42,591 nt of DNA from assembly GCA_964600625.1 (NCBI GenBank), contig CAZRJV010000002.1:1-42591 (forward strand), given 5' to 3'. Positions 32,366 to 40,594 of the stretch are shown here, in pieces. The stretch is from an uncultured Acholeplasmataceae bacterium (GTDB lineage Bacteria; Bacillota_I; Bacilli_A; Acholeplasmatales; Acholeplasmataceae). Numbering within the stretch: position 1 is the first letter of the stretch; the number at the start of each line of letters is the position of its first letter. Under the pieces are notes generated by a model. It worked only from the letters and a program-made list of their open reading frames with translations, did not search any database and was not told the DNA's origin. Made by a program: the position numbers and the translations under genes.

Positions 32366-33340
32366 ATGAAAAAAACAATGACATTAATCTTAATTTTGAT
32401 AGGATCAATCTTATTATTCGCCTGTAAAAATGAACCTATAGATGTTGAAGATAAAGAAATTGAATTGATTCAAGATAATAAATTTGAATATGGTTTTTTG
32501 ATTTCTCCAGCAGATAATGAGCCACAACCAGAAAATAGATATCCGATTGATTATAATTTAACTTATGGAGATGCTGAAGGGCAAATTGCTTGGTTATTAG
32601 GTCAAGCTGGTAATAGATTTGGACTAGCAGATGAATACGCACTAGGTGGTAAGGAAGTTGAATATATCAACAATAATTATATTATAGAAGATGTTTCAAA
32701 AAAACTAATTATCAATCCTACAAATAGTGAAATAACATTTATATTGAATGCGAGTGAAGAATATTTGCATCCTAGACAACCCAAAGAAGCGTGGCCACAT
32801 TTATTATTACAACAGGGTTTGAAAGAAAATGTATCAATTAATGAACTTCATGATCTTGTTTTAAGTTTGAATATAAATTTGAACAGTTTAGAACGTTCTA
32901 TGACTGATGAAGAATATGATAGTAATCTTCATACTGCCCAATTTTTAATGTATATCGTAGTTAGAAGTAATGCAGCTGCAGATGCAGGAGAATTTATGTG
33001 GTTTGGAATTCCGTTTTTTGATGCTAGATATAATTTAATGCCAGAAAATGGAATGATTGATGCAGGAACATCAGGAAACACAGGAAAATTTATATATCAA
33101 ATGCCACAAGTTGATTTTATGCCTAACGGGTTGAAAGTGGGACAATTAAACGAGATTAACATTGATTTAATTCCTTATTTTGGTAGAGCATTGATATTAG
33201 CGCAAGAAAAAGGTGCGTTGTTAAATTCTACAATCAATGATTTATATTTAACCAACATGAATATAGGATATGAAATTCCAGGAACATATGATATTTCGAT
33301 TACTATTCAAAATTTCTCATTGAAAGCAACAAAAAAATAG
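32366..33340 (+). CDS. Lipoprotein of the same unassigned family (divergent paralogue 3 of 3)
   Basis: Lipobox ILLFAC. It shares AWPHLLLQQ, HTAQFLMY, FMWFGIPFFDARYN, DAGTSGNTGKFIYQM and NIGYEIPGTYDI with paralogues 1 and 2. Confidence 0.8.
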   Translation: MKKTMTLILILIGSILLFACKNEPIDVEDKEIELIQDNKFEYGFLISPADNEPQPENRYPIDYNLTYGDAEGQIAWLLGQAGNRFGLADEYALGGKEVEYINNNYIIEDVSKKLIINPTNSEITFILNASEEYLHPRQPKEAWPHLLLQQGLKENVSINELHDLVLSLNINLNSLERSMTDEEYDSNLHTAQFLMYIVVRSNAAADAGEFMWFGIPFFDARYNLMPENGMIDAGTSGNTGKFIYQMPQVDFMPNGLKVGQLNEINIDLIPYFGRALILAQEKGALLNSTINDLYLTNMNIGYEIPGTYDISITIQNFSLKATKK

Positions 33341-33341
33341 T

Positions 33342-33974
33342 ATGATTAAGGGTATTATATTTGATTTAGATGGTGTAATCGTTTCTACAGATGATTTGCA
33401 TTATTTAGGATGGAAAATGATAGCGAATAGAGAAAATATCCATTTTGATAAAACTATTAATCATCAGCTAAGGGGTGTTTCAAGAATGGAATCTCTAAAT
33501 ATTTTATTAAACCATAGTTCCAAAGTATATAGCCAAACTGAAAAAATGCAACTTGCGTCTATGAAAAACGATTATTATGTTTCATTATTGGGAAATTTAT
33601 CACAAAGTGACTTGTTACCAGGAGCTTTGGAGTTGATCAAGTATCTTAAAAGAAAAAACTATTTGCTAGCTATTGGGTCCTCTAGCAAAAATGCTTCTAT
33701 AATTATTGACAAATTAAATATTAGGGAATATTTTAATGTTATTGTTGATGGAAATGATATTTCAAATAGTAAACCGCATCCTGAAGTTTTTTTAACCGCA
33801 GCCAATAAATTAGGATTAACTAGTGCAGAATGTGTTGTCATTGAAGATGCAGTAACTGGAATTGATGCTGCAAAAGCAGCAAACATGATAACATATGGTA
33901 TTGGAAGTGCCAAAAACTATGAAAACACTGATTTTGGCATAGATTCATTATATGATTTGATTGATACTTTATAG
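33342..33974 (+). CDS. pgmB: Beta-phosphoglucomutase (HAD superfamily)
   Basis: IIFDLDGVIV (nucleophile DxD), QLRGVSRMESL, GSSSKNA, KPHPEVFL and IEDAVTGIDAAKAANM match beta-PGM motifs. Confidence 0.85.
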   Translation: MIKGIIFDLDGVIVSTDDLHYLGWKMIANRENIHFDKTINHQLRGVSRMESLNILLNHSSKVYSQTEKMQLASMKNDYYVSLLGNLSQSDLLPGALELIKYLKRKNYLLAIGSSSKNASIIIDKLNIREYFNVIVDGNDISNSKPHPEVFLTAANKLGLTSAECVVIEDAVTGIDAAKAANMITYGIGSAKNYENTDFGIDSLYDLIDTL

Positions 33975-33984
33975 TCTTTGTAAT

Positions 33985-34015
33985 AAAAAACCATCGGTTG
34001 AAATCGATGGTTTTT
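33985..34015. terminator. Bidirectional terminator between pgmB and the ABC permease gene
   Basis: aaaaaaccatcg-gttgaaat-cgatggttttt. Confidence 0.7.
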
Positions 34016-34018
34016 GCT

Positions 34019-36367
34019 TTATTCATATGATTTAAGGGCTTCAACCATATCAATCTTACGCATTTTTGTTATTGAGATGAAATAAACAAATCCTAAGAAA
34101 GCATAAGATAAGATAATTGTGATTAGATAACTTAACCAATCTATAATATTTACAAACATGACGCCATCTAAGAAAATACGACTAATAATAAACCAGTGAA
34201 GTAATTTTCCTAAACCTAATCCTAACAAAATAGCTACACTGGATATGATTAAAGTTTCTCTAAATACATAACCAGATACTTCTCGTTCAGAATAACCTAA
34301 TACTTTAAGGGTTGCGATTTCCTTCTGTCTTGTAGAAATATTGATTAAAGTAATATTGTAATTAATAATAATCGCCAAAAGAGAAGCAGATACAACTAAC
34401 ACGATAATAATACTATTAATGCTTTCACTAGTTTTTTCAAAAACAGCTTTAATATCTGAATCAAAAGATGTTTGTAAGACATTATCGTCAAGATTTAGCT
34501 CGTGTCTAAGGTTTTCTATTGCTAAAGTGTCTTTTAAATCTGTTTTAACATAAATCTTATTATAATTAATTGGATAAGAAATTTCTAGAAGATTTTTGGA
34601 AATATAAATATGATTTCCAAAGTAATAATCAAGTATTTCTGTGACCTTAAAAGTCGTTTTTATACCTTGAAAATCTAGTTCTATGGTATCGCCAGATTTG
34701 ATATGATGTTTTATCGCAAATTGTTGTGTCACTAAAACAGAATCATTTGCCATTAATATTTCATGACGTTTTGTATTTTTAAAATTGAGAAAATCATTGA
34801 TAAGTAAATTATTTTCTGGTGATACGACATTGATATAATCATCGTTTTTATATTTAAATGTATAATCCATTAAATATATTTTTTCATAGTCATTAAGCGA
34901 AACAATATTTATCTGATTTGGAATTACTGTGACTTCAATATCGTACAGTTGCATTTCTTTATATTGATAATCTCCAGAATAATCCACTGAGTTTTTGATG
35001 CCAAATCCAGCTAATAGTAAAGCAGTAGAACCGGCAACTCCAATTAATGTTAAAACAAGATTACGTTTATTTCTAAAGATGTTTCTAAAAGTCGATTTAT
35101 ATCTAAATTTAAGATGTTTCCAAATGAAAGTTAGACGTTCTAAGAATATTTTTTTACCTTTCTTTGGAGGTTTAAGTCTCATTAAGTTTGCTGGTTTTTC
35201 GTTTAAAGTAGTTCCAATACTTATCATTGTTACTAAAACAACAGCAACAATCATCACAATTGAGATGATTGAAATCATTAGAAAGTTTCCCGCAATCGTA
35301 AGTTCAGGTAAATTATAGGAGTTTAAATAAGCATTATAAATCACCGCTGGTATAAAATAGATACCTAAACCAATACCTAGTAATACACCAATTAATGAGG
35401 CCATTAAGGCATAAAAAATATATTTATTCATAATCTTAATCTTTGAATAACCTAAAGATCTTAATGTACCAATTTGGATTCTTTGATCACTAACAATTTT
35501 AGTCATGGATGACATGGAAACTAATATTGTGATTAAGAAAAAGAATGCGGGAAAAATTAACGCGATTATCTCGACTATTTTAACGTCATTTTGAAACTTA
35601 ACATAACTCTGATTTTGATTTCTTGTTGTATAGTAAAAATTACTATTGTAGGTTTGTTCTAAATTCTCAACCACATTTTCCATATAGTCTTTGTATTCTT
35701 GAGAAAATAGATTGTAGTTATGTGGGTTGTTGATCGTTACGGCTAAATGCGTATATGTTTTATCGGCTAAAAATGATTCATCGGTATAAATCATTGTTTC
35801 AATAGGTCTTTGAGTGAGGGGAGAAACCTCTTGAACATAAGCAAAATACCAAGGGTGTTGAACGATCCCAACGACTTCGAAAACTTGATTCATAACAGTG
35901 GTTTGATATCCTATTTCAATATCGACCAAATAAACTTGAGATTGTTCCACAACAACTTCCACATGTTCGCTGTTAGGATTAGGAAGTCTCCCTTTAATTA
36001 GTTTTAGTTGATTAACAACGATATTCTCATTGAAATTTAATAACATAATTCTAGCCATACGATTAACATCATGAATTTTAATAACTTCATCAATCATGAA
36101 ATAAGGCATAACATCTTTAATTTCAGATCTTTGTTTTAAATTATCAATATCACTTTCTGTTAATGGTGTAGCGGATTGAATTACTAAATCAGCCGCATTA
36201 TTATCAATATAGTAACGTTCCACACTAAATCGCATATTAGGAGCGGTTGTTAATAAACCAACTAAAAAACCGATGCCTAACATCACAATCATAATGATGG
36301 CTATTAGTTTAGAAGCTAATGTTTTGATATCTTTGAAAATGTACTTTAAATAGCTTTTCACTACCAT
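34019..36367 (-). CDS. ABC transporter permease with two FtsX domains (782 aa, about 10 TM)
   Basis: Two FtsX-type modules, each with a large extracytoplasmic loop (RSLGYSKIKI... and LKVLGYSEREV...). Confidence 0.8.
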   Translation of the reverse strand: MVVKSYLKYIFKDIKTLASKLIAIIMIVMLGIGFLVGLLTTAPNMRFSVERYYIDNNAADLVIQSATPLTESDIDNLKQRSEIKDVMPYFMIDEVIKIHDVNRMARIMLLNFNENIVVNQLKLIKGRLPNPNSEHVEVVVEQSQVYLVDIEIGYQTTVMNQVFEVVGIVQHPWYFAYVQEVSPLTQRPIETMIYTDESFLADKTYTHLAVTINNPHNYNLFSQEYKDYMENVVENLEQTYNSNFYYTTRNQNQSYVKFQNDVKIVEIIALIFPAFFFLITILVSMSSMTKIVSDQRIQIGTLRSLGYSKIKIMNKYIFYALMASLIGVLLGIGLGIYFIPAVIYNAYLNSYNLPELTIAGNFLMISIISIVMIVAVVLVTMISIGTTLNEKPANLMRLKPPKKGKKIFLERLTFIWKHLKFRYKSTFRNIFRNKRNLVLTLIGVAGSTALLLAGFGIKNSVDYSGDYQYKEMQLYDIEVTVIPNQINIVSLNDYEKIYLMDYTFKYKNDDYINVVSPENNLLINDFLNFKNTKRHEILMANDSVLVTQQFAIKHHIKSGDTIELDFQGIKTTFKVTEILDYYFGNHIYISKNLLEISYPINYNKIYVKTDLKDTLAIENLRHELNLDDNVLQTSFDSDIKAVFEKTSESINSIIIVLVVSASLLAIIINYNITLINISTRQKEIATLKVLGYSEREVSGYVFRETLIISSVAILLGLGLGKLLHWFIISRIFLDGVMFVNIIDWLSYLITIILSYAFLGFVYFISITKMRKIDMVEALKSYE

Positions 36368-37065
36368 TGGACCTCCTTAGGGTTAAGCGGATTACTATTT
36401 AAATCTATCGATTGAATTTGTCCGTTTTTCACGGTAATAACACGGTCTGCTATTTCGGTAATAATTGGATTGTGAGTCACTAAAACAATAGTTTTATTGT
36501 GAGTTTTACATGTGGTGTAAAGCAAGTCTAGGATAGTTGTACCAGTTTCAACATCAAGCGCACCAGTGGGCTCATCACATAGTAAAATCTTTGGATTTTT
36601 TGCTAATGCTCTAGCGATAGAAACTCTTTGTTGTTCACCCCCTGAAAGTTGAGAGGGAAAGTTATCAATTCGTTCTGTTAACCCAACTTGTTCTAAAACA
36701 GTTTTAGGATCTAGAGGGTGTTTGGTTATTTCAGTTGCAATTTCAACATTTTCTAAAGCTGTTAATTGTGGCATTAAATTATAAAATTGAAAAACAAAGC
36801 CAACATCATGTCTTCTATATAAGGTTAAATCTTTTAAATTGTATTGACTGATATCTTTGCCATCAATAATGATTTTTCCTTCGGTAACTTTATCCATCCC
36901 GCCTAGAATATTTAGTATCGTTGTTTTACCGGCACCACTTGGTCCAACAATGACACAAAATTCTCCTTCATAAATGGTGAAGTTAATGTTGTTGTTGGCA
37001 ACTATTTCTTGTGTTCCTATTTGATAAGTTTTCATAACATCTTTAAATTCAACCATTGGTTTCAT
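36361..37065 (-). CDS. ABC transporter ATP-binding protein
   Basis: Walker [10 protein letters not shown], signature LSGGEQQR and Walker B ILLCDEPT. It overlaps the permease start. Confidence 0.9.
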   Translation of the reverse strand: MKPMVEFKDVMKTYQIGTQEIVANNNINFTIYEGEFCVIVGPSGAGKTTILNILGGMDKVTEGKIIIDGKDISQYNLKDLTLYRRHDVGFVFQFYNLMPQLTALENVEIATEITKHPLDPKTVLEQVGLTERIDNFPSQLSGGEQQRVSIARALAKNPKILLCDEPTGALDVETGTTILDLLYTTCKTHNKTIVLVTHNPIITEIADRVITVKNGQIQSIDLNSNPLNPKEVQW

Positions 37066-37496
37066 TATTCCACCTCTTTTGCGATTGTTATTACATTATT
37101 TAATGATTCAACAAATGTTTTAGTACTTTGATATCCAATCTTTTCGAAAATTCTTTCAAAATGCTTATCAGCTGCGGTTAATTTATTTTCTAAATATTCA
37201 TTTCCTTGATTAGACAAACCAACTAAAACACGTCTTCTATCTGAAACATCCATTTCAAGTGTAATGTATTCCTTTTCAGCTAAACTATTTATTATTGCTG
37301 TAATACGACCTTTAGTCACTTTTAATTCAGTACTCAATACAGATGGATTAGAAGGTCCGTTTAAATAAATATGTAGTAATAAAGCATCCTCTCCTTGCAA
37401 AAAGGGTGCTAAATTTATCATAATTTCCATCTTTGAGATGGCTTGTAACATTTCTAAAAATTGGTCCTTTAATTGTTTAATATTTAATGGTTCCAT
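37065..37496 (-). CDS. MarR family transcriptional regulator
   Basis: A winged-HTH region (PSVLSTELKVTKGRITAIINSLAEKEYITLEMDVSDRRRVLVGLSNQG). It is the first gene of the ABC exporter operon. Confidence 0.8.
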   Translation of the reverse strand: MEPLNIKQLKDQFLEMLQAISKMEIMINLAPFLQGEDALLLHIYLNGPSNPSVLSTELKVTKGRITAIINSLAEKEYITLEMDVSDRRRVLVGLSNQGNEYLENKLTAADKHFERIFEKIGYQSTKTFVESLNNVITIAKEVE

Positions 37497-37656
37497 TCGA
37501 TATCCTCCTATATTTAGTATACACTATATAACTATTATAGGATATGTTCATTAATATTTCTACTAGATTAACTAAAAAATATAGTAAAGAGTTCTTGAAG
37601 ATATAATCAAATGTCTTCTAAACATGTTATAATTATCAAAAAGAGGTGGTCTTAAA

Positions 37657-38205
37657 ATGATAAATAGTTTTAAACAAATATTAGATGATGATGAAAAGAT
37701 TGTAAAAGCATTCAAGCCGAATAAGATTAAACTGTACTTTTCTAATTTCTTTGGTTTTTTCATTTTGCTTTTAATTGCAATAGGTATCATAATAGCATTT
37801 TCAATCTCTGATGGAATTGATACAACTGATTCATTGCTATTTGCATTACTGGTATTAGGGATATGGGTCGTTTTATTCATTCTTGATCTGATTATTTTGA
37901 AACTTTATTACGATAAAAGAATTTATGCCTATACGAATAAACGAATGATTATCAGAAATGGTGTTATCGGAGTAGATTATAAATCATTAGATATTGATAT
38001 GATTGGTGCAGTAGATGTATCAGTCAACGTGATCGACAAAATTATCAATAAAAATACTGGTTCGATAAAGTTTGGTTCAATGGCAAGACCGATTAATCCT
38101 GCTAATACAAATGAAATATTCGCCTTTACATCCATAGAAAACCCATATGAAGTATATAAAGAAATTAAAAAATTTATGGATGAATCTAAAGCAAAAAACA
38201 AGTAA
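37657..38205 (+). CDS. bPH_2 (YdbS/YdbT-like) PH-domain membrane protein
   Basis: Two N-terminal TM helices, then YAYTNKRMIIRNGVIGVDYKSLDIDMIGAVDV, typical of the bacterial PH (membrane-flanked) domain. Confidence 0.7.
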   Translation: MINSFKQILDDDEKIVKAFKPNKIKLYFSNFFGFFILLLIAIGIIIAFSISDGIDTTDSLLFALLVLGIWVVLFILDLIILKLYYDKRIYAYTNKRMIIRNGVIGVDYKSLDIDMIGAVDVSVNVIDKIINKNTGSIKFGSMARPINPANTNEIFAFTSIENPYEVYKEIKKFMDESKAKNK

Positions 38206-38221
38206 AAAATACAGTTAATTG

Positions 38222-38249
38222 TAGAACCTGAAAGGGTTCTCTTTTTTTT
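38222..38249 (+). terminator. Terminator of the bPH_2 gene (repeated at 38817-38844 in the second copy of the duplication)
   Basis: agaacc-tgaaag-ggttct followed by ctttttttt. Confidence 0.7.
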
Positions 38250-38315
38250 ATATTCAAAAATCACTTTTAAGTTTAGTAAAATTCGTGTAAAATTGAGTAG
38301 AATGAGGTGCAAGTC

Positions 38316-38627
38316 ATGGAATATATTGAAGGATTATTAATATTATTTGGTGGGATTGGAACTTTGTTGGTAGGAATGGCAATGCTGTCTGACAACATGA
38401 AAAAACTAGCAAATACAAAACTTGAAGCGATTTTTAATAAAACATCAGAAAAGAAACTGGTTGGGTTAACGATTGGAGCTGGTACGACAGCTATTGTACA
38501 GTCTAGTAGTTTAACTTCAGTAATGATTGTTGGGTTGGTAAATGCTGGAATGATTACGCTGTTACAAGCAACAACAATGATTATGGGAGCAAACATAGGA
38601 ACCACCATTACTGGTCAGTCAACGTGA
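38316..38627 (+). pseudogene. Truncated 5' duplicate of the Na/Pi cotransporter gene (first ~100 codons, then out-of-frame read-through to a stop)
   Basis: It is identical to the N-terminus of 38911-40545 up to ...GANIGTTITG. It then crosses the duplication junction and ends QST*. Confidence 0.8.
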
Positions 38628-38800
38628 TCGACAAAATTATCAATAAAAATACTGGTTCGATAAAGTTTGGTTCAATGGCAAGACCGATTAATCCTGCTAA
38701 TACAAATGAAATATTCGCCTTTACATCCATAGAAAACCCATATGAAGTATATAAAGAAATTAAAAAATTTATGGATGAATCTAAAGCAAAAAACAAGTAA
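38616..38800 (+). pseudogene. Promoterless, start-less 3' duplicate of the bPH_2 gene (last ~60 codons)
   Basis: It is identical to 38021-38205. Confidence 0.75.
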
Positions 38801-38910
38801 AAAATACAGTTAATTGTAGAACCTGAAAGGGTTCTCTTTTTTTTATATTCAAAAATCACTTTTAAGTTTAGTAAAATTCGTGTAAAATTGAGTAGAATGA
38901 GGTGCAAGTC

Positions 38911-40545
38911 ATGGAATATATTGAAGGATTATTAATATTATTTGGTGGGATTGGAACTTTGTTGGTAGGAATGGCAATGCTGTCTGACAACATGAAAAAA
39001 CTAGCAAATACAAAACTTGAAGCGATTTTTAATAAAACATCAGAAAAGAAACTGGTTGGGTTAACGATTGGAGCTGGTACGACAGCTATTGTACAGTCTA
39101 GTAGTTTAACTTCAGTAATGATTGTTGGGTTGGTAAATGCTGGAATGATTACGCTGTTACAAGCAACAACAATGATTATGGGAGCAAACATAGGAACCAC
39201 CATTACTGGTCATATTGCCTCATTACAAAGTTTTGATTTTATTGTTTTCGCAATGTTGACAGTGTTTATAGGATCATTTATGACATTACTCTCTTCTAAA
39301 GAAAAAATCAGAACCATCGGTAAAGTATTGTGTGGTTTCGGACTAGTGTTCGTAGGTTTGCATTTATTAGGCTCTGCGATGAGCTCATTTAAGGATGATC
39401 CATTAATTACGAATATGTTATCGAGTATATCTAATCCGTTCTTATTATTGTTAATTGGTGCAGGATTAACAGCGTTATTCCAAAGCAGTAGCGCGATTAC
39501 ATCAATTGTCATTTCTCTTGCTGTAGCTGGAATTATGATTGGCAATGGCGGCAATGATGTACTGTTTGTTATTTTAGGTTCAAACATAGGTACTTGTGTT
39601 ACCGCAATGTTATCTTCTGTTGGTGCCAACACCAATGCTAGAAGAGCAGCAGTTATCCACTTAACTTTTAACATTTTAGGAACTGTAATATTTGCTGCTG
39701 TGCTGTTGTTATGGACTGGCTTTAAAAATGATGTTCTTGGTAGATTCTTTGCACTTGAAGCAACTCAAATTGCGATATTCCATACACTTTTTAATGTTAT
39801 TTGCGCAGTTCTATTTTTACCTTTCTCACAACAATTTGTTAATTTGAGTATGAAACTTGTTCCAGATAAAGATGATAAGAGTAAGAGAATTGTTGTTCTT
39901 GATGAAAGATTGCTTGCTACACCAAGTTTAGCCTTACATCAATTAAGAAAAGAAACCATAGAGATGGCTAATTTAGCAATCGAGAGTTTAAATGAAGCAT
40001 ATGATGCGTTTATTCATAAGAATATTAATCAAAAAGAAATGGTTAAAACTAATATTGGTGAAATTAATTCTTTGAATAAACAAATTGTAAATTATTTAAT
40101 AAAACTGTCGGGTGAAGAGTTAAATGCAGAAGAAAAAGAAGAGATTTCTACGCTTTATAGTGTTATTAATGACTTAGAAAGAATTGGCGATCTATCAGAT
40201 AATCTCTCAAAATATACAGATACTTATGTTACTGAAAGATTGACGTTCAGTGATGATGCAAAAGGTGATTTAAATCACATGATGGATAGAGTAAATGCTC
40301 TTTTTAAAGTGTCGATGAAAGCTTTTGAAACCAATTCCGAGTCAGATATTCATTTAGTTGACGAAATTGAAGATGAAGTAGATACTCTGCGTAAAGAAAT
40401 TATCGATAGTCACATTCAAAGATTAAATGAAGGTTTATGTTCTGCAAATAACAGCCCAGTATTAGTTAATTTAGTTTCTAACTTAGAACGTGCAGCTGAC
40501 CATATGACATTTATCGCTCATTCAAGAAATATTGTTACTAATTAA
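38911..40545 (+). CDS. Na/Pi cotransporter family protein with a C-terminal PhoU-like domain
   Basis: Duplicated Na_Pi_cotrans motifs (GAGTTAIVQSSSLTSVMIVGL and GAGLTALFQSSSAITSIVISL). The C-terminal ~200 aa form a helical PhoU-like repeat (INDLERIGDLSDN / VSNLERAADHM). A GAGGTG RBS precedes the ATG at 38911. Confidence 0.85.
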   Translation: MEYIEGLLILFGGIGTLLVGMAMLSDNMKKLANTKLEAIFNKTSEKKLVGLTIGAGTTAIVQSSSLTSVMIVGLVNAGMITLLQATTMIMGANIGTTITGHIASLQSFDFIVFAMLTVFIGSFMTLLSSKEKIRTIGKVLCGFGLVFVGLHLLGSAMSSFKDDPLITNMLSSISNPFLLLLIGAGLTALFQSSSAITSIVISLAVAGIMIGNGGNDVLFVILGSNIGTCVTAMLSSVGANTNARRAAVIHLTFNILGTVIFAAVLLLWTGFKNDVLGRFFALEATQIAIFHTLFNVICAVLFLPFSQQFVNLSMKLVPDKDDKSKRIVVLDERLLATPSLALHQLRKETIEMANLAIESLNEAYDAFIHKNINQKEMVKTNIGEINSLNKQIVNYLIKLSGEELNAEEKEEISTLYSVINDLERIGDLSDNLSKYTDTYVTERLTFSDDAKGDLNHMMDRVNALFKVSMKAFETNSESDIHLVDEIEDEVDTLRKEIIDSHIQRLNEGLCSANNSPVLVNLVSNLERAADHMTFIAHSRNIVTN

Positions 40546-40561
40546 ATAGAATATATAATAT

Positions 40562-40594
40562 AAAAACACGAAGCTTATTTGGCTTCGTGTTTTT
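40562..40594. terminator. Bidirectional terminator between convergent genes, overlapping the last codons of the minus-strand gene
   Basis: aaaaacacgaagc-ttatttg-gcttcgtgttttt. Confidence 0.7.

Larger units (their letters stand above)
38021..39210 (+). repeat. Perfect tandem direct duplication of 2 x 595 bp (38021-38615 and 38616-39210)
   Basis: The two copies read identically by eye. The duplicated shadow ORFs in the track have identical protein sequences. The offset between the two Na/Pi gene starts is 38902 - 38307 = 595. Confidence 0.9.

Noticed and set aside
3008-35318. Other short antisense or overlapping ORFs in the track: 3008-3226, 5330-5656, 18462-18653, 21657-21866, 22176-22379, 29194-29436, 32436-32642, 33659-33913, 33838-34053, 34995-35318 and 35810-36001.
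   Set aside because: Each is nested inside, or antisense to, a much longer ORF with clear family motifs. None has a convincing RBS or a recognisable domain.
37497-37560. A possible MarR operator, with cctata...tatagg arms around gtatac upstream of the MarR/ABC operon.
   Set aside because: Only the outer 6-7 bp pair and the interior does not. In AT-rich DNA like this such short inverted repeats are expected by chance.
37572-39674. A chain of minus-strand ORFs (37572-37880, 37977-38312, 38273-38608, 38608-38907, 38868-39203, 39210-39674), two pairs of which have identical sequences.
   Set aside because: They are shadow ORFs antisense to the bPH_2 and Na/Pi transporter genes, with low-complexity hydrophobic translations. 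The identical pairs simply reflect the 595-bp tandem duplication.
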